64,000 bases of DNA from Myxococcota bacterium. GTDB lineage: Bacteria; Myxococcota_A; SURF-8. The notes under the pieces were generated by a model. The model ran no database searches and had not been told where the DNA came from. It saw only the letters and a program-made list of their open reading frames with translations. Positions 9,586 through 20,005 of this stretch are shown here, in pieces. A program made the position numbers and the translations under genes. Numbering within the stretch: position 1 is the first letter of the stretch; each line of letters begins with the position of its first letter. The stretch is taken from positions 1,920,001-1,984,000 of the forward strand of contig CAXXQS010000001.1 in NCBI GenBank assembly GCA_963674735.2, written 5' to 3'.

Positions 9586-10898
9586 GCTGAGCGCCGGAGA
9601 CGCCGTTCGAGTTGCGTTCCCACAAGCGCAATCAAGGTCGATCCGGCTAACGCCCAGCCCAGGGCAAACGGCGTTTTCGACAGCGCTAAAATCAGACCGG
9701 TTGTCCCCCCGGCCATCATCGTAACAACTCCCGTTATTGCCGGTAAGGGTTTACGGATTAACAGCGCCGCGACAGCGGGAACGGCCAATCCGGACGTGTA
9801 AACCGTGTAACTGAGCAATAAAGCGGGGATAATGCCCCCCATCCAAAGCGCGATGGCGATCGAAATCAAGGCCAGAAACCCCGCCCACAAGCCGACGATA
9901 CGTGGTTGATCCCGCCGCATCAAATCGAACGAGACGATCGTGGCCGCCGACAACAAACAGGTATCGGCCGAACTGAGAATCGCCGCCGACAGTCCGATCA
10001 CCACGACCATGCGTCCCCAGCCGCCCCATTGCCACTCCGCCAACGCGATCCAGAGATTCTCGCCATCGATGCCCGGCAAAACGACCCGAGCCGTCAAGCC
10101 GACAAAGGTGATGCAAAGCGCCAGGATAAGGACACCCAAGGCGGCCAATCGAAGCGCTTGAACCCGGCCCGAGGGATGGTTAACGGTGAGCAATCGCGAG
10201 TAAATATCGGGGCCGATCAGGAACGGGAACCCGACAACCAAGGCGATTTCGAGCATGCGCAGGGGCGGCAACGACACAACCGGCACAGCCACTTGCCGCC
10301 CGACGTTCGCGCTCCCCCACAACGAACCGGCGATCAGAAGCACGATTCCGGCAAAAAGGGCAAACTGCCATTTGTCGGTCCTCAGCACGCCCCGCTGACC
10401 GGCCCAGAAAACATAGCCGCCCACTCCCACTCCCGCAAGAAGCGTCAAAACGGCACTCTCGACCGGATGACCGGCTCCGGCCAGCTTCCCCACCGCCGCC
10501 AGTTGCGCCGCGACAATGCCGACCCAGGCCGGAACGATCACCCCGGCGGCCGCCATGCGCATGTACGGTCCTCCCTGCAATCCCAACAAGTCGGGGAGAC
10601 TGAAAGCCCGGTCCATGGGCATGCGTGACACGAAGAACGAGAGAATCCACAAGGCGGCGGCGCCCGAGGCCAACCAAACCAGCGCGCTCCAACCATGCGC
10701 GTAAGCCAGTCCGGCCGTCCCCATGACGGCACTCGCACCGAAGATCGTCGCCAGCAACGAAGTGGCGGCCATAATCGGAGAGGCCGTCCGACCGGCAACC
10801 AGGTAATCGCCACTGGAACGGCGAGCCCGTCGCATCAGCCATCCCGCCAAGGGATGGAGCGCCAGCCAAAGCGCCAATACCCAGATTTCCCCTTGCAT
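9582..10898 (-). CDS. Sodium:solute symporter (SSF) family transporter
   Basis: DYLVAGR, GASAVMGTAGLAY, GQRGVLRTDKWQF, AAILSSADTCLL; about 13 TM segments. Confidence 0.9.
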   Translation of the reverse strand: MQGEIWVLALWLALHPLAGWLMRRARRSSGDYLVAGRTASPIMAATSLLATIFGASAVMGTAGLAYAHGWSALVWLASGAAALWILSFFVSRMPMDRAFSLPDLLGLQGGPYMRMAAAGVIVPAWVGIVAAQLAAVGKLAGAGHPVESAVLTLLAGVGVGGYVFWAGQRGVLRTDKWQFALFAGIVLLIAGSLWGSANVGRQVAVPVVSLPPLRMLEIALVVGFPFLIGPDIYSRLLTVNHPSGRVQALRLAALGVLILALCITFVGLTARVVLPGIDGENLWIALAEWQWGGWGRMVVVIGLSAAILSSADTCLLSAATIVSFDLMRRDQPRIVGLWAGFLALISIAIALWMGGIIPALLLSYTVYTSGLAVPAVAALLIRKPLPAITGVVTMMAGGTTGLILALSKTPFALGWALAGSTLIALVGTQLERRLRRSA

Positions 10899-10965
10899 GC
10901 GCCAGCACCTCCGCCATCGCTGCGAAAACCCGCTGAGAACCCTTTACCTACCGATTGTGGCCGGG

Positions 10966-11086
10966 AGCATAGGCGCTGGAACAGGTGACTGTCAAATCGA
11001 ATCCGATCCCGCGCGGATCGGTCCAAGGGGCCAGGCGTCGAATGTGGGGAGAATCCTTGACAAGTCCTCAGAAATTCGGCTATTTT
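10966..11086. promoter_or_regulatory. Candidate back-to-back sigma70 promoters
   Basis: Minus strand TTGACA (10995-10990)-18 bp-TATGCT (10971-10966) toward the symporter; plus strand TTGACA (11057-11062)-18 bp-TATTTT toward the lipoprotein; hairpin ccgatcc-cgcgc-ggatcgg between them. Confidence 0.5.
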
Positions 11087-11223
11087 TCACTTGTTCCTAA
11101 GGTGATCGCCACGGACACGACAACCTGGACTATTCAGAACCAAACCCTTTTGTTTCTTTGAGTCGTCTTCTCGAAGATCGGCGGGGGGCTGAGGTCCAGT
11201 TAATAAAAGGGAAATACCCTGCA

Positions 11224-13092
11224 ATGTCAGAACGTTCTATCCACACATCGTCCAAATGGCATCTGCCCGTCCTCCTTTCATTGTGCCTTTCCCTCCTCCT
11301 ATCGGCCTGCTTTTACGGATCGCCGGAAGAGGAAAGCTCCGATCCGCAATCAACCATTGTGGTGAAATCGGACGATTCCGGCATCCTGACATCGCCCGAT
11401 GGCCGGGTGTACGTACAATTCGAAGCCGGAACCGTTTTACGGCCGACAACTTTTTCCGTAACCGAACTCGACCGGTCCCAATACCCCGATCAACCGTGGC
11501 TGCAGAGTAAGGTTTACATGATCGAGCCGTCTTTGCCGCTTGAAAAGGCCGTCACCGTTACCGTCGATATCAAAGGACTGGAAGGCCAAGGGGTCGACAT
11601 CGCCACGCTCTACAACCTCGACGCGCTGGCCTTGCGCAAAATCCGGCCGCTTATGCGGCCCGAGTATGTCTCGGTTCTCGAAACCAACATGGACCACTCC
11701 GATGGCACCAAACACCGGGTGCTTCTGCACCAGACCGATCAACTCGGCGCTTTCGGCGTCTATGTTCACGATTGTTTCCTGATGTGCCGCAAAATCATCG
11801 AATGCCCAAGCTACACCCTCGAACCCGATACGCCCATCCGCGAACAGATCTTGAGCTGCATGTCGGAGAATGGCTGCCCGGGCGAACTGGAATCCATCAA
11901 CAGCGACGACATGGCCGCAACCTTCGACTGCGCCTGGAACCGCTCGTGTGCGGATGCCTATGGATGCTGCCAGGAAGAAAACCACTGCAGCAGCGCTCCG
12001 GATGGAGATGATCCCGATGGCGACGATCCGACCGACGGTGACACGGACGGCGACACCGACGGCGACACCGACGGCGACACCGATGGCGACACCGATGGCG
12101 ACACGGACGGCGATACCGATGGTGACACGGACGGGGACACCGATGGCGATGACGACGATACCATCAGTTTCGATCCCCTGACCTGCAACGGCAATCCCGA
12201 ATGCCCCGACGGCTGGGACTGCATCTATGAGGAATCGATCGATATCACCACCGGTTATTGCATGCGCCTCGCCTCGCAGGCCATCGCCACCTACTCCTTT
12301 AGCGGAACCAGTTGGGATTACGCCGAAATGGTTCCCGATCTCACCTGCGTCGGACAGGATCCCGTCGCGGGCGGGCAGGGACCGGCGTTCTTCACGCTGC
12401 GCGTCCAGGTCGCTCCCTGGTGGCAACTGGAAGACAAATCCAGCATCCAAGTGAAAATGTTCCGAGCCACCAATCTCGACGTTCCCTTCATCAGCGGCGT
12501 TACCAACGAAAACGGAACGGTCGATTTCACTCAGATTTACCCGGACGAATGGTTCATGCTGCGCTCCGAACGGCTCCCGCCCGACGACCGCATCGTGCCC
12601 ACTTACGATTGGGGTCTCTTCATCCCCAAATCGGTCGCCAAAACCTACACCGATCAATCCGAGCCGGTTCCGATTACCATTCATCCATTGGACGAAACGC
12701 GGTATAACGCCTTTGCCCAGTCACTCGGTTTTTCGGAAGGCATGCCCCTTGGCTACGGCATGGTGATCGGCCAGGTTTTGGACTGCCATGCAAATCCGTA
12801 TGCCCTGGCCAACGTCGGCATCGGCTTCAAGGAAGCCTCTCCCGCTGTCATGGGCTATTTCAACAACCAGGTCGACTATCCGTCACCGATGATGTTGCAA
12901 ACCGCAACCAATAAAAACGGTTTATTTGTCGGGTTATATATGCCGCCACAGGACAATCTGACAGCCTTCGCCTTCGGACAGCTATCCGAAGGTGGCGGGT
13001 TGTATTCCATCCTGACCGGTCACACCGAACCGTTCCAATTCACCTTGAAACGGGATTCGGTGAGCATAATCCGATTCAACCAGACTTACTGA
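11224..13092 (+). CDS. Lipoprotein: ZU5-like domain, Cys-rich module, (DGDT)n linker, C-terminal beta-sandwich
   Basis: Lipobox LLSAC; GILTSPDGRVYVQFEAGTV resembles ZU5-like starts; nine DGDT repeats; GMVIGQVLDC...LANVGIGF C-terminal domain. Start could lie further upstream (11158). Confidence 0.8.
   Translation: MSERSIHTSSKWHLPVLLSLCLSLLLSACFYGSPEEESSDPQSTIVVKSDDSGILTSPDGRVYVQFEAGTVLRPTTFSVTELDRSQYPDQPWLQSKVYMIEPSLPLEKAVTVTVDIKGLEGQGVDIATLYNLDALALRKIRPLMRPEYVSVLETNMDHSDGTKHRVLLHQTDQLGAFGVYVHDCFLMCRKIIECPSYTLEPDTPIREQILSCMSENGCPGELESINSDDMAATFDCAWNRSCADAYGCCQEENHCSSAPDGDDPDGDDPTDGDTDGDTDGDTDGDTDGDTDGDTDGDTDGDTDGDTDGDDDDTISFDPLTCNGNPECPDGWDCIYEESIDITTGYCMRLASQAIATYSFSGTSWDYAEMVPDLTCVGQDPVAGGQGPAFFTLRVQVAPWWQLEDKSSIQVKMFRATNLDVPFISGVTNENGTVDFTQIYPDEWFMLRSERLPPDDRIVPTYDWGLFIPKSVAKTYTDQSEPVPITIHPLDETRYNAFAQSLGFSEGMPLGYGMVIGQVLDCHANPYALANVGIGFKEASPAVMGYFNNQVDYPSPMMLQTATNKNGLFVGLYMPPQDNLTAFAFGQLSEGGGLYSILTGHTEPFQFTLKRDSVSIIRFNQTY
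12034..12153 (+). repeat. 12-bp coding tandem repeat GAYGGNGAYACS (DGDT x9 plus DGDD)
   Basis: Directly visible gacggcgacacc-type units. Confidence 0.92.
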
Positions 13093-13159
13093 GATTCCGT
13101 TCCGGCCATGTAACGGCCGGATCGGCGAGCGCGCATTGTGTGTTTGAAAGGAGTTTTCC

Positions 13160-16036
13160 ATGCGATTTCAATGGACTGGGGTTTTGTTGGCGTGTGCCGT
13201 TCTGGCAGCCTTCTGTTTTGCCTGTGCCGGAGGGAGCGATTCCGGAATCCTGAATATGGGCGATGACGATGCCGAAGGAGATGGCGACGCAGACGACGAA
13301 ATCGCCAATGAAGACGGTGATGACTTGCCGGACGGTGACACGGATGGCGATGGCGAAGAAACCGAAGCCCTGCCCACCGAAACCAAATGCGATGTGGACC
13401 GGCATAACAACGACCGCATCGTGACGTCCAAAGACGGCGGCACCACCCAGGTTTGCATTCCCGGCGATCCACTGGACGGCGTGAAAGTCAAAATCCTCCC
13501 CGATGCTTTGAAAGACGACATCAATGTGACGCTCTCCATCACTGACAATTTCGACGTGGACGACTGGGTCGCGGTCGGACCCGCCATTTATTTCGAAGCC
13601 ACTCCCCTTGAAAATGATGGCGAAGTCCTGCTGGAAGAGAATGCCGAATTCGCGATTCCCTTCAAAGTGTCGCAACTTCCGGAACTCGCCGAAAACTTCC
13701 ACATCAACGTAGCCGTGGTGCTGGATCCGAAAACCGGTGTTGAGAACGGCGACGATAACGCACCGCTTTTCATCCCGAAATCGCCCTCTCTCATTCGCAT
13801 CGACCGCGAACGTGAGTTGCTGATTTTCCCCTACTGGTATTTCGGCACCATCCAGGCGATGGTCCCGGCGGAAATTTTGCCCCCCACCACACGTCATTTC
13901 ACCTACAAAGCCGTCAGCGGCGTTTCCATGGGCGGCATCGGATCGTCCATCACGGGCTTCCGCTACCCCGATCGTTTCGACATTCTCGGCCCGCTGGGCG
14001 GATCGATGAACATGGGCTATCTGCTCAACATGATGCATGATCTCCACCTCGGCGGATTCTGCGATTACGACACCATCACCGGAGCGGCCGATATCGACGC
14101 GTTCGTCACGGATACCACGCAGCAATGCGGTTGGTGCGGCCCCCAGCACGACCCGGAAGACTGGTCCAACCCGGGAACCTACTGCTATATGGTCGAACCG
14201 CGCAGTCAATACCCGGACGAGCACGCCCAGGGTTACAACCACTGGTATTACGACGACGACGGCGGCAACTTCAACCGGTCGAGCTATATGGACATTTTCC
14301 GCGACCTGGCCTATGCCTTCGGAAATCCGACGAATTACAACCCGGCCTCTCCCTATCTGCCTGTCGGTCTGGGCGGCGAGCGCGTTGTCGATCAGGATCG
14401 CCTGCAAACCTACCTCGACACCATCTACGACAAAGACCAACAAGCTCATGGATGTGCTGAATTGGCCACCTGGATGGCATCGGACCCGCTCACGGAACTC
14501 TTCGATCACGAGTACAACCCCGAGGGTCTGTATCCGGCCATTTATTACTGCGACGGAACCAGCCAGCGCAATGGCCATTGGGACCCGGATGACAGCGGTG
14601 CCCGCTCCCGCCGGATGGATATCGGCATCGCCATCGATTTCAACGAAAACGGTGTGCGCGACTACGGCGAGCCGGTGATTCGCCAGTTCTGGGAACCCTA
14701 CGAAGATTGCGGCCTCGACGGACTGTGCGACGAAAACGAAACCGGCTACAATGCCGACAGCAATCCCGATCCCGCCGGTGACAACTACCACCCCTTCGAC
14801 AATCCCACCGGCACGGAAGAAAACGGTTTCTGGGACGGTCCGGCAGGCAGCGACCCCGGCGAAACCTACCAGGACTTGGGCTTGGACGGCGTCGCGTGCC
14901 CGGTCGTCGGGGAGAGCACACCGCAAGCCATTAAAGCCACCTGCCCCTACGATTACGGTGAAGGCAACGGACAATTCGATCTCAATCCCAATATCGAAAC
15001 GTACTTCGCTCACGATCCCCTGCTGAATGCGAAAGGCTTGACGGACGAACAGGTCAAGCGCCTCAATATCTGGTTCGACGGCGGCATCCGGGATATCTTC
15101 AATTTCCTGGTCATGGCCGATGGCGTGGCGATGCAGTTCAACACGCAATCCGAGCCGCTCAACCTGCCGGTTAAAAAATACCAGCGCTACACCTCGCTGA
15201 TGGATCCCGTTCAGGATAACATCAACAGCTTCAACTTCTTGCGAGTCAATTACGCCGGACTCGGCCAGAACGTTTTGATGCGCTACGGCGACTACGATGC
15301 CACCGACGCGATGATCGCCGGAGGCGATGGGCGTCACGTGGGCTACATTCCGCAGCTCTTCTTCCGTATCCAGACCTTCTTCTCCTTCGCCAATCACCAC
15401 TTCGCGAATGGCGATTTCGAACCCGTCGAATCGAGTTCGTTGACCGACCTTCTCTTCAGTTCGATGTATGATTCGGATGTGCTGGGCCGGAAAGCGCGCT
15501 ATTCCGTCGCCCTGCCCCCCGGTTACTATTCCAACAATCAGGACGGAGCCGACGGCGCACCGGACACCTGCGTCAACCGCTATCCGGTCATCTATCTCGG
15601 ACACGGCTACGGAATGGATCCGCAAGGCATGGCGGGCGCGTTGACATTGTTCATGAGCTATATGTCGGACGGAATTTTCCAGAAAATGATCACCGTCTTC
15701 CCCGACGGCGAATGCTACGACCAGGGTACCTGCCGAGGCGACTGCAACAGCCAATGCAACAATGTTTCCGCCGCCGACAAACCGGCTTGCCTGGACGCCT
15801 GTTACACGGAACGCGGATGCGACGATGTGATTACGGAATGTGTCAGAGGCAATTTCTACGTCAACCACGTCGTATCGGCGGCGAACCCCGTCGACGGCAT
15901 GTCGACCGGCGGCTTGCACGAAGTCCAGACCGAAGACAGCCTGCTTGAACTGATGGACTACATCGACAGTCATTATTGCACCAAAGAACCGGAAGACGTG
16001 CAGGTCGACGGCGCGACCTTGGATGGTTTGTACTAA
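13160..16036 (+). CDS. Large lipoprotein esterase (alpha/beta hydrolase, Fes/S-formylglutathione hydrolase-like motifs in permuted order)
   Basis: AGGAG RBS; lipobox CFAC; DGD linker; GVSMGG elbow; IWFDGGIRD; GRHVG; then SDVLGRKARYSVALPPGY, RYPVIYLGHGYG, ELMDYIDSHY. Confidence 0.85.
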   Translation: MRFQWTGVLLACAVLAAFCFACAGGSDSGILNMGDDDAEGDGDADDEIANEDGDDLPDGDTDGDGEETEALPTETKCDVDRHNNDRIVTSKDGGTTQVCIPGDPLDGVKVKILPDALKDDINVTLSITDNFDVDDWVAVGPAIYFEATPLENDGEVLLEENAEFAIPFKVSQLPELAENFHINVAVVLDPKTGVENGDDNAPLFIPKSPSLIRIDRERELLIFPYWYFGTIQAMVPAEILPPTTRHFTYKAVSGVSMGGIGSSITGFRYPDRFDILGPLGGSMNMGYLLNMMHDLHLGGFCDYDTITGAADIDAFVTDTTQQCGWCGPQHDPEDWSNPGTYCYMVEPRSQYPDEHAQGYNHWYYDDDGGNFNRSSYMDIFRDLAYAFGNPTNYNPASPYLPVGLGGERVVDQDRLQTYLDTIYDKDQQAHGCAELATWMASDPLTELFDHEYNPEGLYPAIYYCDGTSQRNGHWDPDDSGARSRRMDIGIAIDFNENGVRDYGEPVIRQFWEPYEDCGLDGLCDENETGYNADSNPDPAGDNYHPFDNPTGTEENGFWDGPAGSDPGETYQDLGLDGVACPVVGESTPQAIKATCPYDYGEGNGQFDLNPNIETYFAHDPLLNAKGLTDEQVKRLNIWFDGGIRDIFNFLVMADGVAMQFNTQSEPLNLPVKKYQRYTSLMDPVQDNINSFNFLRVNYAGLGQNVLMRYGDYDATDAMIAGGDGRHVGYIPQLFFRIQTFFSFANHHFANGDFEPVESSSLTDLLFSSMYDSDVLGRKARYSVALPPGYYSNNQDGADGAPDTCVNRYPVIYLGHGYGMDPQGMAGALTLFMSYMSDGIFQKMITVFPDGECYDQGTCRGDCNSQCNNVSAADKPACLDACYTERGCDDVITECVRGNFYVNHVVSAANPVDGMSTGGLHEVQTEDSLLELMDYIDSHYCTKEPEDVQVDGATLDGLY

Positions 16037-16051
16037 CGCGAACACGGAAGC

Positions 16052-16771
16052 GTGCGTTCCGTTCCGGAGCGCGACGCCATGATTTCGGCGGCCTGCGACT
16101 TGGCTGTTATGGCCGCCATGAGTATGGAACTTCAGGCGGTTCGGGAAGGGTTTCCTCTTCTGGAAACCCTCCCTTCCGCTGGTTCGAATTGGGAAATCCG
16201 CGAAACTCCTACCCAAGATAAATTATGGATCGCGCGTTGCGGAGTCGGCGCCAAGCACGCGGACGGATTGCTCGCGACTTTGCGACAGCGCTCATCCATC
16301 AACCGCGTGCTGCTGGTCGGCTGTGCCGGAGGACTGGACCCTGCGCTCTCCGCCGGACAGGCCGTGATCGCCAGCGAATGCCGAAATTTATCGAGCGGCG
16401 TCACGCATTTTTCCGACCCGGCGCTGGTTGAGCAGCTTCAAGCCCTTCTTCCCCTAGCTCAAAAAGGCGGCATGGCAACCACGTCCCGAGTTTTGGCGTC
16501 CGCCCGGGAAAAGAGCGATCTCTTCAACGACACCGGATTTTTAGCGGTCGACATGGAAGCCGCCCTGCTGGCGGAAAAATCCGCCACGCACAAATTGGCC
16601 TTTGCCTGCCTGAAAATGGTTTCGGATTGCGCCCATGAAACCCTGCTCCTGGAAAACTCCCCAGCCACGCAACCCGACACCCCGCTGACCCTTGCCGACT
16701 TCGATCATCGACTGCGCTCGATTGCGTCGATGATCGCCGACCTGCTGGCCGCCCTTACAAACCCATTCTGA
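16052..16771 (+). CDS. Nucleoside phosphorylase family protein (MTA/SAH nucleosidase or HpnG-like)
   Basis: MAAMSMEL, CGVGAKHA, VGCAGGLDP, AVDMEAA, KMVSD motifs. Start uncertain. Confidence 0.8.
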   Translation: MRSVPERDAMISAACDLAVMAAMSMELQAVREGFPLLETLPSAGSNWEIRETPTQDKLWIARCGVGAKHADGLLATLRQRSSINRVLLVGCAGGLDPALSAGQAVIASECRNLSSGVTHFSDPALVEQLQALLPLAQKGGMATTSRVLASAREKSDLFNDTGFLAVDMEAALLAEKSATHKLAFACLKMVSDCAHETLLLENSPATQPDTPLTLADFDHRLRSIASMIADLLAALTNPF

Positions 16772-17681
16772 TTCATTTATAATTCACGCATGGCGAGGCC
16801 GACGGGTATTGCATCGACACGACCACACCCGGAGCGCCGTGGGGAATGTCGCGCTTTGCCGCCCTCCATTTCCGAGGGGTCACTCTGCAAGGACTTGTTA
16901 TTACACAGGATACACGCTGTTTCGCCGGTATTTTCCAGCCCGACTCCAACCCTGTAACGGCGATTCGACAATAACCGAATCATTTCAACAGGATAGCAGC
17001 CCTTCTCTTGAATGTTTTTAATATATTATACTTAATATTTCTTAGAGCCGAGCGTTTGTCGGTCCCCGTCGAGTCGCGTTCGTCCGCTTCCAATACATTG
17101 GCGTTTGCTCTATCTCGTCGAGATCATTCATGATTGCGCGTGTGTGATGCGGCCGCTACCCGGAATCGACCCCGCGGCGGCAGCTCGTCCAGCGGCGGCG
17201 AATGTGACGTATTACGGCACTCCTAGCATTCCCATCGGCTTACAGTTTTCGGCCCTGTTTCGACGCCGAAAAAGTCAATGATTTCGCGAAAAGGAAAAAA
17301 TCGTTCCGAAAAACGGCGCAACGGGCGCAGTGAGCGCATCGGGCGCATTCCAAAACGTAGGAGGCAAAGCGGCAGGAATTGGCACTGCGCAACCGAAATG
17401 GACGCTTCGACCCAAAACACCTGTCACGGCAACGAGACGAAAGCACGCAGCAAGCGAATGAGAGACCAAAACAAAGGAAGTTTTTCCACGCTGGACGTTG
17501 AAACAAACAAGCGCATCAGCCCCTAGGCTCCAGCTTAAAGCCACGATTGCAGGGACCGAAAGCAGAGCCGAAAGACCCTAAAAATGACGTTGAATGACTT
17601 GACTTTCCGCGAGATTGCGTTAGGTTGAAGAAGAGTTTGTACTGGGAATTTTGTGAACGATGTATTGGAGGGAGGTCACGC

Positions 17682-18431
17682 ATGAGACGGTTATTAATCC
17701 TTGCGTTGATGGTTGGGATTGCGAACTTTATGCTGTTGTCGGTCGCCTGTGCCCAAGAAGAAGATGAGAAGCAAAGCCCGACGGAAGACAGTTTGGATTC
17801 CATTTTGACTACCCCGAAGAGCGCGCCGGAACCTGCCGCCGACGCCAAACCGGCCAAACCCGAAGAAGCACCGCCGACGGCGATCGAAGTACCCAAAGAA
17901 GAATTCCCGGTCGACCCGCGCAACCTGCGCATTTCCATCAAAATGAAGAATGGAAAGTCGATCAACGGCCGCGTGAAGAATTTCCTGATCAGCGAGCGCC
18001 TCGTCGATCATATGGGCGACCCGGCGTTTTCTCTCTGCGACGGTCCCACGGTTCAGTACGAGATGAATGAATTCGTGATGGATTGGTCCGATATCGGCAC
18101 CATCGTTTTCAACAAGAAAAACAAGGAAAACGGCGAAATCAGTTGCGTCGAGGTCAGCGATGTTTCCCTCGAACGCATGGAATGCATCATGATCAATGAA
18201 TTCAGTGCCTTCGCCCGCGATAAAAGCAAAAAAGGCGCCCACATCATTATCGATAAAAACCTCTTCCGCTTCGTCGTGGATACGGGAAAAGGCATCGTCA
18301 ATGTCGACACCCACCTTGGAAAAGTCAAAGTCACAAACGAGCGTGACGAATCGCGCAAGTCCAAGGAAATGGTGAAAGAACTCAAGGGTGTTTTCTCCAA
18401 CGAAGCGATGCTGATCTCTTTCAGCAAGTAA
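17682..18431 (+). CDS. Secreted hypothetical protein
   Basis: GGAGG RBS, ATG 17682, hydrophobic signal region ending SVACA, Pro/Ala/Glu linker, globular C-terminus. Confidence 0.7.
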   Translation: MRRLLILALMVGIANFMLLSVACAQEEDEKQSPTEDSLDSILTTPKSAPEPAADAKPAKPEEAPPTAIEVPKEEFPVDPRNLRISIKMKNGKSINGRVKNFLISERLVDHMGDPAFSLCDGPTVQYEMNEFVMDWSDIGTIVFNKKNKENGEISCVEVSDVSLERMECIMINEFSAFARDKSKKGAHIIIDKNLFRFVVDTGKGIVNVDTHLGKVKVTNERDESRKSKEMVKELKGVFSNEAMLISFSK

Positions 18432-18494
18432 CCGGATAAAGTCCGTTTTTTCGGCCACCCTCCCATGGGTGGCCATTTCTTTTGCGAGACTCCG

Positions 18495-19904
18495 ATGCAC
18501 ACAGACCGGAACTTGCGACAACACGTAGCCCGCTCCATCCGGCAACGAGCGTTGATTGCCCAAGGAGCCCGCTTGCTTGTGGCCGTTTCCGGAGGGATCG
18601 ATTCCGTCACCCTGTTGCATATCTTGTTGAGTTTGAAGCAGAAACAGGGCTGGTCCCTGGCTTTGGGCCACATCAATCACGGCATGCGGGGCGTCGAGTC
18701 GGACGGCGACGAGACATTCGTTCGCGATCTGGCCAAACGCTATGAACTGCCGATCCACGTGCATCGGATCGATCCCGCGACCTGGAAAGATCCCGGAAAC
18801 ACGCAAGCCAAAGCCCGCGCCATCCGCTATCAAGTCCTTGAAAACTGGCTGAAAGAAGAGAATTACGACCTGATCGCCACCGCCCACAATGCAGACGACC
18901 AGGCCGAAACCCTGCTCGACCGTTTGACGCGCGGCTCCGGTGTCGATGGCTTGTCCGGCATTCCCTGGATCAATGGTTTGGTCGTGCGGCCGCTGCTGGA
19001 TATTTCCCGGCAGCAGATTCAGCGATATGGCCAACGCCACGAATTGGCCTGGCGCGAAGATGCCAGCAACCAGAGTCTAAAATATTTCAGAAATGCTCTG
19101 CGCCACGGCCCCCTGCGCGACATGACCCGCCTGCGACCGACCTCCGTGCGGCAAATGGCCGCCGCGGCCGAGCGCTTGCGAGAAACCTCGGAAGCCATGG
19201 CCTGGCTGTTGAAGCAGGATCTTTCCAAGCGGCTGAATAAACAGAACAATCAGCAGTTTTCCCTCGATGTCAGCGATTGGAACCAAGCGCCGATCGGTCT
19301 GCGGCTGGCCTTGCTGAGAGCAGCCATGAAACAAGTGACGGCGAACGGACTTTGGGGATTCGGCGACGTTCACTGGCGCGACCTCGACCGCGCGGCCCTG
19401 ACGCCCCATCGTTTTTCCGAGCGACGCTTTCCACAGGGTATTGCTGTTTTAGGGGGCCGTAACCGCTTGATTATCAGTCAGAATCAGCCTCCGACTCCCG
19501 AAGCCTACACCCACTCGTTGGACATACCGGGAGAAGTCGATACCCCGCTCGGACGCATTCAGGCAACGCTCCTCGACACCTCGACCGGCATCCGCTACGA
19601 ATCGCCGAATACGGCCTATTTCGACGCATCGGCAATCGACTTGCCCCTCCAGGTGCGCTCGCGTTGCCGAGGCGATCGGATTCAACTGCCGAATCTGGGG
19701 CAACGGTCGGTGGCGCGGGTCATGAGCGACCTGAAAACACCTCGATATTCCCGCAGTCATTTGCCCCTGCTTCTCTCTCGGAAATCGCGGGTTTTGTGGA
19801 TTGTCGGGCTGCGCCGTTCGAGTCACGCCCTGGTCGGGGCCGAAACACGAAGCATCCTTGGAATAAAATTCATCCCCAATGATTCAAACATCTTGGAATT
19901 GTGA
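18495..19904 (+). CDS. tilS: tRNA(Ile)-lysidine synthase
   Basis: PP-loop AVSGGIDS, HINHGMR, ATAHNADDQAET, VRPLLD, WREDASN, YFRNALR. Confidence 0.95.
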   Translation: MHTDRNLRQHVARSIRQRALIAQGARLLVAVSGGIDSVTLLHILLSLKQKQGWSLALGHINHGMRGVESDGDETFVRDLAKRYELPIHVHRIDPATWKDPGNTQAKARAIRYQVLENWLKEENYDLIATAHNADDQAETLLDRLTRGSGVDGLSGIPWINGLVVRPLLDISRQQIQRYGQRHELAWREDASNQSLKYFRNALRHGPLRDMTRLRPTSVRQMAAAAERLRETSEAMAWLLKQDLSKRLNKQNNQQFSLDVSDWNQAPIGLRLALLRAAMKQVTANGLWGFGDVHWRDLDRAALTPHRFSERRFPQGIAVLGGRNRLIISQNQPPTPEAYTHSLDIPGEVDTPLGRIQATLLDTSTGIRYESPNTAYFDASAIDLPLQVRSRCRGDRIQLPNLGQRSVARVMSDLKTPRYSRSHLPLLLSRKSRVLWIVGLRRSSHALVGAETRSILGIKFIPNDSNILEL

Positions 19905-20005
19905 AACTATTTATGATATGATACCGGGTTGATACATGTGGCAGGACGTCGGCGGGTACAAAAATTCGGAAGACCATCCGGTCGCCTGCACAAAGCGAGG
20001 TTAAG

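Noticed and set aside
10900-11040. TPP riboswitch upstream of the SSF transporter (GCTGAGA...CCC)
   Set aside because: The motif is on the wrong strand for the transporter and lacks the ACCTGA...TAA...GCG.AGG half; the region fits a promoter better.
12034-12153. CRISPR array or non-coding repeat
   Set aside because: Contiguous 12-bp in-frame coding units with no spacers; no cas genes in the window.
13076-16216. Long antisense ORFs (1046 aa here; also 6053..8119, 8113..9189, 11437..12684, 17694..19040, 20537..21592, 24730..26130)
   Set aside because: Shadow ORFs opposite well-supported genes in GC-rich DNA; no motifs.
16052-16771. hpnG or hopanoid cluster
   Set aside because: Family-level motifs only; no shc or hpnH neighbours, so no symbol was assigned.
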